DNA from: Mycobacterium sp.
Lineage (GTDB): Bacteria > Actinomycetota > Actinomycetes > Mycobacteriales > Mycobacteriaceae
Assembly: GCF_049281135.1 (NCBI RefSeq)
Contig: NZ_JBAPRN010000188.1
Coordinates: 1-52,581 of the forward strand
Direction of reading: 5' to 3'
DNA length: 52,581 bases
Both the position numbers and the translations under genes were made by a program. Numbering within the stretch: position 1 is the first letter of the stretch; every line of letters starts with the position of its first letter. Shown here one piece after another: positions 36,675 through 46,971 of this stretch. The notes beneath the pieces are model-generated. The model did no database searches. It saw only the letters and a list, made by a program, of their open reading frames with translations, and had not been told where the DNA came from.

Positions 36675-37892
36675 ATGACTTCGAATATCGAAAAGCCGAC
36701 TAGTACCACGCCGGCCGTCGCGCGGAGCAAGTACCGGCGCAGCCCCTACCTGGTTGTGTCGCAAGAACATTCGGTGCGCAAGGACGTCTACGGCACCGTC
36801 GAAGACCATGTGGTGCGCTACGCGCAGTTGCTACGCGGCGACCGCGACTCCGACACGGTGATCGTGGCATCTCATCCGATCGGATCGCCTGCCTACCTCC
36901 CGCTGTTCTCCGAACTGGCACGCACCGGGCTGCACGTGATCGGCTACGCCAACCGGTATTCGGTTGGCGACTCGGCGCTGCAAATGGAAAACCATTTGAT
37001 CGACCTCGGTGCCTGCGTCCGCGACGCGCGAGAACGGCTCGGCTATGAGCGCATCGTGCTTGCCGGCTGGAGCGGCGGGGGATCGCCGATGATGGGTTAC
37101 CAGGCCGAGGCCGAGAAGCCCACGATTACCCAGACCGCCGCCGGGGAGCCGTCGTCGCTAGCCGAAACCGCGCTACCGCCTGCCGACGCGGTGATGCAAC
37201 TGGCGGCTCCGCGCAGCCGTCACCGGCTGCTGACCGAGTTCCTCGATGCCTCGATCACCGACGAGCTGCAGCCGGACCGCGATCGCGACGCCGAGTTTGA
37301 TCTCTATGACCCCGCGAACCCGAATCAGCCGCCGTATTCCGCCGACTTCCTCGCCGCCTACCGCGAACGACAACGCGAGCGCAACCGCCGCATCACTGCT
37401 TACGCGCAGCAGAAACTGCAAGACTTCCGCAACGCCGGTAAGCCGCACGCTGAGCACTCGTTCGTCGTCCATGGGACGATGGCCGACCCGCGCTGGCTGG
37501 ATCCCACCATCGAACCAAACGGACGCCGGCCGCGGTGGAGCTATCTGGGCGACCCCGAGGTCGCCAACACCAGCCCGGGAGCGTTGATGCGGTTTACCAC
37601 CACGCGCAGCTGGTTGTCGCAATGGGGCCTGGACACCGCCCAGGTGGACGCGGGGGATGCCGCACCGAGGGTTTCGGTGCCGGTGCTCATGGTCGTCAAC
37701 GGCTGCGACGACGCCGTGCCCACCAGTCATCAGGCACAGGTGTTCGATGCGATCGGTCACCAGGACAAAGAGCGGGTGGACCTGCCGGAAGCCAATCACT
37801 ACTTCACTGGCCAAGACCAACAATCGCATCTGTCACGGGCGGCCGACCACGTTCATGATTGGCTGCGCCGCCACGGCTTCAACGTGAATTGA
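36675..37892 (+). CDS. Alpha/beta hydrolase
   Basis: GWSGG nucleophile elbow, DDAVP, ANHYF. Confidence 0.85.
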   Translation: MTSNIEKPTSTTPAVARSKYRRSPYLVVSQEHSVRKDVYGTVEDHVVRYAQLLRGDRDSDTVIVASHPIGSPAYLPLFSELARTGLHVIGYANRYSVGDSALQMENHLIDLGACVRDARERLGYERIVLAGWSGGGSPMMGYQAEAEKPTITQTAAGEPSSLAETALPPADAVMQLAAPRSRHRLLTEFLDASITDELQPDRDRDAEFDLYDPANPNQPPYSADFLAAYRERQRERNRRITAYAQQKLQDFRNAGKPHAEHSFVVHGTMADPRWLDPTIEPNGRRPRWSYLGDPEVANTSPGALMRFTTTRSWLSQWGLDTAQVDAGDAAPRVSVPVLMVVNGCDDAVPTSHQAQVFDAIGHQDKERVDLPEANHYFTGQDQQSHLSRAADHVHDWLRRHGFNVN

Positions 37893-37976
37893 CAACGCCC
37901 GCAGCGGAAATGGCCGGCCCCGCACGGCCATCGATAACCTAACAAAGATTGATATCCGGCACGGTAAGGAGCCGAC

Positions 37977-39014
37977 ATGAAGTTGAGTCTGATGACCCTG
38001 GGTGACGTGGTGGCCGATCCAGTCACCGGACTCGCTCCCACAGCCGCCGAACGGCACCGCGCTATTGTCGAGGCAGCCGCCGTCGCCGACGAAGCAGGCT
38101 TCGAGGGCGTGCACATCGGCGAGCATCACGGGCTGGAATACACCACATCGGCGCCGCCGGTGATCCTGGCGGCCATCGGGGAACGCACGTCCAGACTGCG
38201 GCTGTCCACGGCTGTGACGCTGGCCGCGAACCTGGACCCGATCCGGGTGGCCGAGGACTACGCGACAGTCGACGCCCTGTCGGGTGGACGCTGCGAGGTC
38301 GTCGTGGGCCGGGGCAACTTCTTCGTGTCCACCTACACGCTCTTCGGGCAGCGGTTGGAGGACTCGCACGAGTTGTTCGCGCAGAACGTCGAACTGCTGA
38401 CGCAGTTGTGGGCCGGGAAGGAAGTGAACTGGGCGGGCTCGCGCCATCGCGCCCCGATCAATGAGTTCGTGCTGCAGCCCGTGCCGGTCGGCGCGATGCC
38501 GCTGTGGGTCGGCGGCGGCGCCTCGGAATCGTCGACGGAATTGGCGGCGCGCCTGGGTCTCGACTTGATGCTGCCCTCGGCCTTCGGCAACCCGCAGATG
38601 TTCAAGCCGGTAGTCGAGAGCTATCGGGAAAAGTTCGCGTCCTACGGGCATCCGCGCGAGCCGCGCGTCGGCGCCTGCTGGCACGTCAACGTCGCCAAGA
38701 CGAGCCAGGCGGCCCGCGAGCGGTGGGAACCCCGTTACCGGGCCTACTTCGAGCTGATGAGTACCGTGATTCCCCGGGTCAACCCCGACCCGCCGGCGTT
38801 CGTCACCAAGCCGTTCGACTTCGGGTTCCTCACCACCAGGGGACCCGCGATCGTCGGAAGCGCGGCGGAGGTGGCCGAACGGCTCAAAGCCTGGTCGGAA
38901 GTGCTCACCAGCGACACGAACCTGATCTACATCGACATGGGTGGCCAACCCGCTGACGAATACCGCGACATGGTCGAACTCATCGGCTCCGACGTTCTAC
39001 CGCAACTGAACTGA
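37977..39014 (+). CDS. LLM-class flavin-dependent oxidoreductase (luciferase-like)
   Basis: GEHHG, SAPPVILAAIGERTSRLRLSTAVT, DPIRVAEDYATVD.LSGGR. Confidence 0.9.
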   Translation: MKLSLMTLGDVVADPVTGLAPTAAERHRAIVEAAAVADEAGFEGVHIGEHHGLEYTTSAPPVILAAIGERTSRLRLSTAVTLAANLDPIRVAEDYATVDALSGGRCEVVVGRGNFFVSTYTLFGQRLEDSHELFAQNVELLTQLWAGKEVNWAGSRHRAPINEFVLQPVPVGAMPLWVGGGASESSTELAARLGLDLMLPSAFGNPQMFKPVVESYREKFASYGHPREPRVGACWHVNVAKTSQAARERWEPRYRAYFELMSTVIPRVNPDPPAFVTKPFDFGFLTTRGPAIVGSAAEVAERLKAWSEVLTSDTNLIYIDMGGQPADEYRDMVELIGSDVLPQLN

Positions 39015-39102
39015 TCCCCGGTAGCCGCCTGGTGCGGCGCCCCACGACGTCATTGCGACCCTCGACGACTAAGGGGTTTAATCTGCATTCAAAGCAGGAG
39101 AG

Positions 39103-40104
39103 GTGATTGTCGTGGTGTCCGAATCGACGCTTCACAGAAGCGGGCCGCAGGGCGGTGCGACTACTACAGAACCGTCCCGCTCGGGTGCGGTCACGGTGTG
39201 GGCGGCAATCGCTGTGGTATGGCTGGTGATCGCCGCCCAGGCACTAGTGAGATGGGTGGCTTCCGGTGATTTCGGCCCGGCTCCACTGATCGGTCCCGAT
39301 CGGATGCCGCTGTGGAATTTGGTGGCATTGCGGATCTTCGAGGGACTCAGCGTGGCGTTGCTGGCGTATTTGGTCTGGGCTTATGTGGTGCTGCCAAGGC
39401 GTCGTACCGGCGCTTTGACCCTCGACGGCAAGTTCGTCCTCGGCGGGATGGCGGCTTTCGTCGCTGACGCCTTCTTGAACTGCTACACCTATCTGTTCGC
39501 ATGGAACGCCCACAACATCAACATGGGCGTCTGGACGGCGTATCTGCCATTCCACAATAAGGCGGCCTCATCGCGTTACGCGGAGTCATTGCTGTGGGGG
39601 CCACCGATGTACGTGTATTTCTGCGCTGGTGTGGCCATCGTCGGCTGCCCGGCCTATTTCGCGCTGCGATCGCACTGGCCACGGCTGTCCAACGTGTCGT
39701 TGCTGGCGATCATCTTCGTCGGGGAGTTCGCTTTCGACTTCGTGGTGGAGAACCTGGCAATCCGATTGACCCACGGCTACGCCTACGCCCAAACCTATGG
39801 TCCGCTGACGCTGTGGGCGGGAAGCCAATTCCAGTTCCCGCTGTACGAGTCATTCCTCGTGGCCGCGCTGGGACTGCTCTACACCTGGATGCGGCTGCAG
39901 GCCGTTTCCTCCGATCACGGACTGTCTCCCGTCGAGCGCGGATTCGACCGGTGGAGCCCCGCTCTTCGGTCGACGCTTCGCACCCTGGCGGTGATCGGAT
40001 TCTGCTGCGCGGCAACGATATTGATCTATCACCTGCCATTCAACTGGCTGGGCATTGTCGGATCGTCGACGGCGAACCTGCCGACCTACATGTGGCCGGG
40101 CTGA
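39103..40104 (+). CDS. Spirocyclase AveC-family membrane protein
   Basis: LTLDGKF, DAFLN..TYLFAWNAH.INMG.W, WAGSQFQFPLYE, GLSPVERG; start uncertain. Confidence 0.8.
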   Translation: MIVVVSESTLHRSGPQGGATTTEPSRSGAVTVWAAIAVVWLVIAAQALVRWVASGDFGPAPLIGPDRMPLWNLVALRIFEGLSVALLAYLVWAYVVLPRRRTGALTLDGKFVLGGMAAFVADAFLNCYTYLFAWNAHNINMGVWTAYLPFHNKAASSRYAESLLWGPPMYVYFCAGVAIVGCPAYFALRSHWPRLSNVSLLAIIFVGEFAFDFVVENLAIRLTHGYAYAQTYGPLTLWAGSQFQFPLYESFLVAALGLLYTWMRLQAVSSDHGLSPVERGFDRWSPALRSTLRTLAVIGFCCAATILIYHLPFNWLGIVGSSTANLPTYMWPG

Positions 40105-40123
40105 CGTTCGCGCTTCAGTCTCC

Positions 40124-40876
40124 TTAGGTCAGGTCTTCGTGCTCAAGACGACGCAGCGCACGGAAGGCATAGGGCGTCACGATGGCGACAAGCACGAAGA
40201 ACAGGCCGAACACCGCCCAAAAGTTGAGCAGCCCGTGCCAGGCGAATGGGCCGGTGCGGACAAACGGCACCAGGATCAGCGGAACATAGATTGCTGCGGT
40301 CAGGAAGCACATATAGCCGACCCACCGCGGAAAAAGGGGCTGTGCGCGACGGTCGAGCAGGATGGCGAGACCCAGTGCCACACTCTGTAACAGCGAGAAC
40401 ATGAAGGTGAGGTCAAAGAACAGCCATCCGAAGTCGTACAACGACTGCACGGTCTCGGGCGAGCGGGCTTCGGCGCGGAATGCCGCGGTCTGCCACACTA
40501 CGGCCGGCACAGTGGTTGCGACGGCCGTCATCAGGCCACCGAGAAGCTCTGTTGTCGAGAGGACACCCATCGGGCCTTCCATCCGGCCGATGACCTTGGA
40601 GATGGCAGCACTCCAGGTGTAGTAGCAGGGTGCACCAACAACCATCAGAACCATCCCCACTTGGATGCTGGTGTGGTGAGTCTGGAAAAACCGGGTGATT
40701 GCCGATGCGTCGAGGTCTTGTCCCGGGGGTGGCCAAAAGCCGGCGAACACCGCGAAGCCCAGCAGACCTAGGCCCGCGTACACGCAGACGGACAATAACG
40801 CGAGGCGAAGCGTTGTGTAATCGGTGCTCGTGTTCTGCGCACTCGGCACCGTGGTGTCTCGTGTTGTCGTTGTCAC
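40124..40876 (-). CDS. Uncharacterised multi-pass membrane protein (family A, copy 4)
   Basis: GFWPPP, AFRAEARSP, PLFPRWVGY, GPFAWHG; GGGAGG RBS. Confidence 0.85.
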   Translation of the reverse strand: MTTTTRDTTVPSAQNTSTDYTTLRLALLSVCVYAGLGLLGFAVFAGFWPPPGQDLDASAITRFFQTHHTSIQVGMVLMVVGAPCYYTWSAAISKVIGRMEGPMGVLSTTELLGGLMTAVATTVPAVVWQTAAFRAEARSPETVQSLYDFGWLFFDLTFMFSLLQSVALGLAILLDRRAQPLFPRWVGYMCFLTAAIYVPLILVPFVRTGPFAWHGLLNFWAVFGLFFVLVAIVTPYAFRALRRLEHEDLT

Positions 40877-41141
40877 AGTTCCTCCCAGCGTCCGAGGTCG
40901 GCTCGATTCCAGGCGCACTTGACGCGGTTCACGCTCGGCGCATCTACGACGGTTAGGCGTGCGGCGTTGTCCATCTTGCGGGCCCCTATCGACGACAAAG
41001 ATAATTTAACAGGTACTAGAAAATTTTGGTAGAGTGTGGACGAATAGGTTCTGATCAGGTCCGATGCTTGCCTAACGAGTATTAAAAACTGCCGTTCCTG
41101 TTGCTCTTGCGACGCAAACGCAAAAGGGGGTGTCAGCGGCC

Positions 41142-42359
41142 ATGTCGCCTGACGCATCGCCGCCTTGGGAGACCAAGGTCGCTGCCGTTCGGAGCCTTTA
41201 CCGCGCATTGGCCGACGGCGACCGGGAAACCCTCGGAAAGCTGCTGCACCCGGATTTCATCGGACACGCCACCGAGGGGCTGCCGTTGGGGGCGGGAGGT
41301 GAGCACGTCGGCCCCGAGGCGATGCGCCGTGAGCTGTGGTGGCAACTCGGCCGCCACTACCTGGTCGCGGCTCATCCCGACGAATTCCACGCTCTCGACG
41401 ACGGCCGCTTGTTGGTCATCGGCCACTACCGGGGCGAGGCTCGGCGGTCCGGCAAGAAGCTCGAAGCGGCATTTCATCATGTGATCGGCTTCGCCGACGA
41501 CGGTCGGATGACATCGCTGAATCAGCTGACCGACACCGCCGCATGGGTTGAAGCGCTGGACGATCAGGCTCGGTTTGAAACGATCGACTATTCCGTGGTC
41601 GACGGACTCGCGACCGTGTGCCTGAACCGGCCCGAGGCGCGCAACGCAATCGACCCAGGCATGGCCTTCGAATCCCTCGCCGTCGCCCGCCGCATCGCCG
41701 ATGACCGGTCCATTCGCGCCGTCCTCATTTGCAGCGACGGGCCGTCATTTTCGGTCGGCGGGGACATTGATTCGTTTCCGTCGGATGCGTCGACACCGTT
41801 TGGCGAAGTCCTGGAGTGGATGACCACGCCATTTCATGAGGCCTTTCGCGTGCTCAGCCGCATCGATGCACCGATCGTCGCCGCCGCGCATGGCGCAATC
41901 GCCGGTGGTGGGCTCGGCTATATCTACGCGGCCGACCTGGTGGTAGCGGCCGAAGGCACGAAATTCGTGACAGCGTTTGCAGCACTTGGCCTTTCGGGAG
42001 ACGGCGGCGGGACCTGGCATCTGCCACGCCTGATCGGCGCGCGCCGTGCGGCCCACGCTTATCTACGGAATGCACCCATCGAGGCGACCGAGGCCCTGGA
42101 GTGGGGGCTGATCAATGAGATCGTGCCCGCCGACGAGCTGCGAGCACGGGCCGTGGCGCTGGCGACCGACTTGGCGCGGGGGCCCACCCGAGCTTTCGCC
42201 AGGATGCGGGCGCTTTTGCGCGACGCGTGGCACAACGACCTGGCCACGCAACTGCAGTCAGAAATCGAGGCGCTGAAGGCCACCGCCGACACCGCCGATG
42301 CCGCAGAAGCGCTTTCGGCGTTCAGAGCGAAGCGCACACCCCGCTTCACCGGAGGGTAG
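41142..42359 (+). CDS. SnoaL/NTF2-like domain fused to an enoyl-CoA hydratase/isomerase (PaaG-like)
   Basis: N-terminal LYRALADGD...LLHPDF...QLTDTAAW; C-terminal FSVGGDI, AGGGLG, GLSGDGG. Confidence 0.85.
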   Translation: MSPDASPPWETKVAAVRSLYRALADGDRETLGKLLHPDFIGHATEGLPLGAGGEHVGPEAMRRELWWQLGRHYLVAAHPDEFHALDDGRLLVIGHYRGEARRSGKKLEAAFHHVIGFADDGRMTSLNQLTDTAAWVEALDDQARFETIDYSVVDGLATVCLNRPEARNAIDPGMAFESLAVARRIADDRSIRAVLICSDGPSFSVGGDIDSFPSDASTPFGEVLEWMTTPFHEAFRVLSRIDAPIVAAAHGAIAGGGLGYIYAADLVVAAEGTKFVTAFAALGLSGDGGGTWHLPRLIGARRAAHAYLRNAPIEATEALEWGLINEIVPADELRARAVALATDLARGPTRAFARMRALLRDAWHNDLATQLQSEIEALKATADTADAAEALSAFRAKRTPRFTGG

Positions 42360-42362
42360 GAC

Positions 42363-43520
42363 ATGGGACTGATCAACGATTCGCCCGAGCACAAGGCGAT
42401 ACGCGACAGCGTCGCCGGAATCGCCAAGAGATACGGACCCGAGTATTTCCTGGAGCGGGGACGCACGGGCGGGGGGATCGGGGAGTTGTGGAATGACCTC
42501 GGGGCGGCCGGCCTGTTGGGTCTGCACCTGCCCGAGGACTACGGTGGCGGCGGGGGAGGGATGGCTGATGCCGTCGTTGTAGTGGAAGAGCTTGCTGCGC
42601 AAGGGATGCCGCTGCTGATCTGGGTGATCTCGCCGGCCATCTGCGGCAGCATCCTGGCGTGTCACGCGTCGGAGAAAATGAAGCAGCAATGGCTGCCGCG
42701 CATCGCGGACGGAACGAGAAAGATGGCGTTCGGGCTGACCGAACCCGACGCCGGATCCAACAGCCACAACATCAAAACAACCGCGAAACGCAACGGAACC
42801 GGCTGGACGATTTCCGGATCCAAGTACTACATCTCCGCGGTCGACCAATCCGACGCGGTACTGCTCGTCACCCGCGACGCCGATCATTCGACAGCGGAGC
42901 GCAATCGGTTGTCCTTGTTCGCGGTTCCAACCGACAGCCCGGGATTGACGTTTGCGCCCATTGCCACGTCGATCGTGTCACCGGACAAGCAGTTCACGGT
43001 GTTCCTCGACGACGTCGCAGTTGGCGAAGATGCGCTGATCGGGGTCGCCGGCGACGGTCTTCGGCAGGTTTTCGACGGCCTGAACCCCGAACGGATCTTG
43101 GTCGGCGCGCTGTCCAGTGGCATCGGACGCTACGCGATCGGTAAGGCCGTGGATTACGCGCGACACCGGAGCGTCTGGTCGACGCCGATCGGCGCCCACC
43201 AAGGCGTTGCTCACCCGCTCGCCGAATGTCACATCGAGGTCGAACTGGGCCGGCTCGCGACCCTGCGCAGCGCCGAACTCTTCGATGCCGGAGAACCGGC
43301 GGGTGAAGCCGCGAACATCGCCAAATACGCCGCCTCCGAAGCCGCGTTGAAGGCGCTCGACCAGGCGATTCAAATCCATGGCGGCAACGGACTGTCCCAC
43401 GAATACGGGCTCTCCGAGCTGTGGTTCGTCACCAGGCTGATGCGCACCGCGCCGGTGAGCCGCGAAATGGTGCTCAACTTCGTTGCGCAAACGTCGCTGG
43501 GCCTGCCCCGGTCCTATTAG
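42363..43520 (+). CDS. Acyl-CoA dehydrogenase
   Basis: FGLTEPDAGSN, GSKYYIS, GLNPERI, IQIHGGNG. Confidence 0.94.
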   Translation: MGLINDSPEHKAIRDSVAGIAKRYGPEYFLERGRTGGGIGELWNDLGAAGLLGLHLPEDYGGGGGGMADAVVVVEELAAQGMPLLIWVISPAICGSILACHASEKMKQQWLPRIADGTRKMAFGLTEPDAGSNSHNIKTTAKRNGTGWTISGSKYYISAVDQSDAVLLVTRDADHSTAERNRLSLFAVPTDSPGLTFAPIATSIVSPDKQFTVFLDDVAVGEDALIGVAGDGLRQVFDGLNPERILVGALSSGIGRYAIGKAVDYARHRSVWSTPIGAHQGVAHPLAECHIEVELGRLATLRSAELFDAGEPAGEAANIAKYAASEAALKALDQAIQIHGGNGLSHEYGLSELWFVTRLMRTAPVSREMVLNFVAQTSLGLPRSY

Positions 43521-43534
43521 AAAGCGAGACCCGA

Positions 43535-44848
43535 GTGCACAGAACGCAATTCGATGCGGTTGTAATCGGAGCCGGCGCGGGCGGCTTGTTCACCGCCGCC
43601 CGGCTGGCCCGCAACGGCTATCACACCCTCGTCGTGGAACGCCTCGACAAGGTCGGTGGACGCGCCTCTACCGACGACATCGACGGTTTCAAGGTCAATA
43701 CGGGCGCCATCGTGATCGAGGTCGGCGGCATTACCCAACAGACCTGTGAGGAGGTCGGCGCACCGTTCGACATCCGCGAACCCAAGCCAGCGCTGCTGTA
43801 CCGGATCGGCGGCAAAAACGTCGACGTGACCGGCGGCGGGTGGGGTTTTCTACTGAGCAAGCTCACCCGCCAAGGGGCCAAGTTGGTCGCAGGCATCGGA
43901 GCCGCGCGCAGTGACTCCGGCCTGCCGGAAGACCAGATCAGTACCGCCGAATGGGTGTCCCGATACACCAAAAGCGAACGCGTGCACGGCATATTCCGCA
44001 ATATGTGCGCCTCGATCTTCGCAGTAGGTTCAGAGGACCTTCCGGCGCGGGTATTCCTTACCTACTTCACTCGCAAGAGCGCGTTCAAACGGTTCGGTTT
44101 TCACCCCGAAGGCACCATCGGGCTGTGGCGTGGTCTGGCTGACGTCGTCGAGTCGCACGGCGGCGAAGTGTGGCTTTCCACAACGGTCAACAAGATCATC
44201 TGCGACGGCGACAAGGTGACCGGCGTGTCAGTGAACCGCGCCGGCGAGAACGTCAGCGTCGCAACGTCAGTCGTGGTCAGCGACGTCGGACCCGCCGCCA
44301 CCGTCGAGCTTCTCGGCGAGGAGAATGTGCCAGCCGACTACCAGGACCTGGTCAAGAAGGGCGACCGCCCGACCGCAATGATCTCGGTGAACTTCGCGAG
44401 CCGCCACCGCCTCGTCGACGTTCCCGGCATGCTCAGCTTCGCCACGTCACGCCGGCTGGCCTACATCGCGAATTTCACCGATACCTGCCCGGAGATGGCG
44501 CCGCAGGGATGGCATCTCTACGTCGGGACGTCGGTGCCCAAGCCTTCCATTGGTGACTTCGACGAGGCCGCCGAAACCGAGCTCCTGCTGGCGGATCTGC
44601 GCGACAATATCGACCAGTTCGATGATCGTGCACGGATACTGAGCATTGCGGTCACCCGTGACGGCTGGCCGCCGCAACGGGCAGTGGCGGGTTTCGATCT
44701 GCCGCACGACACACCGTTCGCCGGTCTGTGGAATGTCGGCGATGCGGTCAAGGAATACGCCAACGGGGGCACGACGGCGTGCGCAGAGACGGCGCAGCTC
44801 GTGGCGGATAAAATCCTCGCTGCGCTAACCGACCGTCGGCTCCGCTAA
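43535..44848 (+). CDS. Phytoene desaturase-family FAD-dependent oxidoreductase
   Basis: VIGAGAGG, ERLDKVGGR, TPFAGLWNVGD. Confidence 0.82.
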   Translation: MHRTQFDAVVIGAGAGGLFTAARLARNGYHTLVVERLDKVGGRASTDDIDGFKVNTGAIVIEVGGITQQTCEEVGAPFDIREPKPALLYRIGGKNVDVTGGGWGFLLSKLTRQGAKLVAGIGAARSDSGLPEDQISTAEWVSRYTKSERVHGIFRNMCASIFAVGSEDLPARVFLTYFTRKSAFKRFGFHPEGTIGLWRGLADVVESHGGEVWLSTTVNKIICDGDKVTGVSVNRAGENVSVATSVVVSDVGPAATVELLGEENVPADYQDLVKKGDRPTAMISVNFASRHRLVDVPGMLSFATSRRLAYIANFTDTCPEMAPQGWHLYVGTSVPKPSIGDFDEAAETELLLADLRDNIDQFDDRARILSIAVTRDGWPPQRAVAGFDLPHDTPFAGLWNVGDAVKEYANGGTTACAETAQLVADKILAALTDRRLR

Positions 44849-45478
44849 TCCATGCCGGACGAACGACTGCGCATTGGCGACCACGGTTTCCAAAGAGCCG
44901 CGCCGAGGATCCCACCACTCGACCGCCCAATTCAGCGCTCCCAAGACCAGCATCTGCGCCATGTACAAGTCCAGATCGGCGCGCAGTTCACCAGATCGTG
45001 CCATGTCGTTGATCAGTCGCCGCCACACTTCGCCGTAGCGCTGCTCCTCGAGAACCTGGCGCTTTCGAATTCGCGGCGGCACCTGGCCGGCGTTGCGGAT
45101 GGCTGCGGTCGTGTAGTCCGATATCTCTAGTTCGTGTCCCAGATGAGCGCTGACCGCGGCGAGCAGGCGATCCAGCGCAGAGACGTCCCCAGGTAAGTCG
45201 TCGAGTATTGCGACGACATGTAAGCGCATGTCGGCGATGCCGGCCCACATCACCTCCTCGATGAGGTCATCGCGCGACGGGTAGTAGTAGTAGATCGCCG
45301 GCGCCTGCAGCTCGGCCTGTGCCGCGACGTCGGTGAGGCGCAGCCCGGCATATCCCTTGGCGCTCAACACCTGGGCGGCCGCGTCCAAGATCCGCCGTCT
45401 TGTCTGGGCCGATTTGGACTCCGCGATGTCGGCGGACGCCGGACCCGTCACAGAAGCCACATCAGTCCGCCTGCTCAT
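44825..45478 (-). CDS. TetR family regulator (paralog of 48182-48874)
   Basis: LRLTDVAAQAELQAPAIYYYYPSRDDL; LGALNWAVEWW. Confidence 0.93.
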   Translation of the reverse strand: MSRRTDVASVTGPASADIAESKSAQTRRRILDAAAQVLSAKGYAGLRLTDVAAQAELQAPAIYYYYPSRDDLIEEVMWAGIADMRLHVVAILDDLPGDVSALDRLLAAVSAHLGHELEISDYTTAAIRNAGQVPPRIRKRQVLEEQRYGEVWRRLINDMARSGELRADLDLYMAQMLVLGALNWAVEWWDPRRGSLETVVANAQSFVRHGLAEPTVG

Positions 45479-45625
45479 TGACCGATTCTAGCCAGTACAC
45501 CGACCAAGCCCCCGGGTGCGGCCATAATTTTTATCCCACATTCGAGGCTGCAACCGCGTCGAGTGACACCGCACAAAACCGATGTGACACAGGCCGAAAC
45601 CCTGATCTTCTATCTCCGATCGTGA

Positions 45626-45663
45626 TTTGCCGTGGCGGGGATATATTCACCCGCCACGGCAAA
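45626..45663. terminator. Strong hairpin, probable terminator downstream of the fadA-fadE operon
   Basis: TTTGCCGTGGCGGG-N10-CCCGCCACGGCAAA, perfect 14-bp stem; no clear U-tract. Confidence 0.55.
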
Positions 45664-45792
45664 GTCCGGGCCGCCGGCTTGCCCTGCAGAAAATCCGATG
45701 GACTAGGCAGGATATTCGGCGGCATGTCCGGCAGCCCTCCTCGTCCGCGCGCTACCACATCTTAATATAGATTAGATTAAGGACCCGGATCC

Positions 45793-46968
45793 TTAATCAT
45801 TACGCTGAGAAGTCTGGTTTGAGCCGGCGATCTCGCGGCCGATGAGCTCCTTCATGACCTCCGTTGTGCCGCCGTAGATCGTCTGGGCGCGGGTATCGAG
45901 ATACGCTCGGGCGACTGGGTACTCGACCATGTACCCATACCCTCCGTGAAGTTGTAGGCAGCTATCGATGAGCCGGCGTTGCAGCTCGCTGACGTACCAC
46001 TTACCCTTGGCGGCGTCGACGGGGGAGAGCTCGCCTGCATTGAACGCCTGAACCGATTTGTCGACGTATGCCTCGGCGATGTCGAGCTCGGTAGCCATCT
46101 CGGCGAGCTGGAAACGGATGTGTTGCAGCGCGGTTAGCGGTCGGCCGAATGCATTGCGCTGTTGGCAGTACTGGACGGTCTGGTCGAAGATCGCGCGTGT
46201 GGTCGCGATGGCCTGGGCAGTGACTCCCAGTCGCTCTCGGGGCAGATGACCCATCAGGTATTGCAGTCCCCGGCCTTCCTCTCCCAACAGATTGTCGGCG
46301 GGAACCACCGCGTCATCGAAAAACAACTCGGCGGTGTCTTGAGCCGGCAGCCCGATTTTTTCCAGCTGGCGTCCGCGCCTGAATCCGGGTGTGTCGCGTT
46401 CCACGGCGAACAAGCTGAACCCCTGTGAGCCGCCTTCCTGCTGGGACCGCGCGGCGACCACGACGAGGTCGGCCATGATGCCACTCGAAATGAATGTCTT
46501 CTGGCCAGTGAGGATCCAGCTGTCGCCGTCGCGGCGAGCGCTGGTGCGGATCCCTCGGAGATCGCTGCCGGTGCCGGGTTCGGTCATCGCGAGGGCACCG
46601 ATCAGTTCGCCGGAGGCGAAGCCTGGCAGCCATCGCTGTTTCTGATCCTCGGTGGTGAGATCGAGTAGGTAGTGCAGCACCAGATCGTCCTGCAGGCTGA
46701 CAGTCAGGCCGAAGGACAGCGCGTTGACCTTGGCGATCTCCTCGCAGACCACCATCCGGTAGCGGTAGTCATGTTCACCGGCACCGCCGTAGCGCTCGTC
46801 GATCTCTAATGCATATATTCCCGCTTTCGCGGCGCTGATGAACACCTCACGGTCGATCCGGTGGTTACGCTCCCAGTCAGGGTGGTGCGGAACCACTTCG
46901 CGAGCCAGGAACTCCCGAACCGTTTCTCGGTATGCCTCGTGATCGGGGCTATACAGCGTCCGGCGCAC
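45793..46968 (-). CDS. Acyl-CoA dehydrogenase (long-chain type)
   Basis: AMTEPGTGSDL, GQKTFIS, LPRERL, LQLHGGYGY, IYGGTTE. Confidence 0.95.
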   Translation of the reverse strand: MRRTLYSPDHEAYRETVREFLAREVVPHHPDWERNHRIDREVFISAAKAGIYALEIDERYGGAGEHDYRYRMVVCEEIAKVNALSFGLTVSLQDDLVLHYLLDLTTEDQKQRWLPGFASGELIGALAMTEPGTGSDLRGIRTSARRDGDSWILTGQKTFISSGIMADLVVVAARSQQEGGSQGFSLFAVERDTPGFRRGRQLEKIGLPAQDTAELFFDDAVVPADNLLGEEGRGLQYLMGHLPRERLGVTAQAIATTRAIFDQTVQYCQQRNAFGRPLTALQHIRFQLAEMATELDIAEAYVDKSVQAFNAGELSPVDAAKGKWYVSELQRRLIDSCLQLHGGYGYMVEYPVARAYLDTRAQTIYGGTTEVMKELIGREIAGSNQTSQRND

Positions 46969-46971
46969 CGG

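Noticed and set aside
37833..38948. 371-aa minus-strand ORF
   Set aside because: Shadow of the LLM gene; the same applies to 5590-6780, 13417-14355 and 49751-50893
6941..44848. Carotenoid biosynthesis cluster
   Set aside because: No crtE/crtB or other prenyl-chain genes; dominated by degradative enzymes
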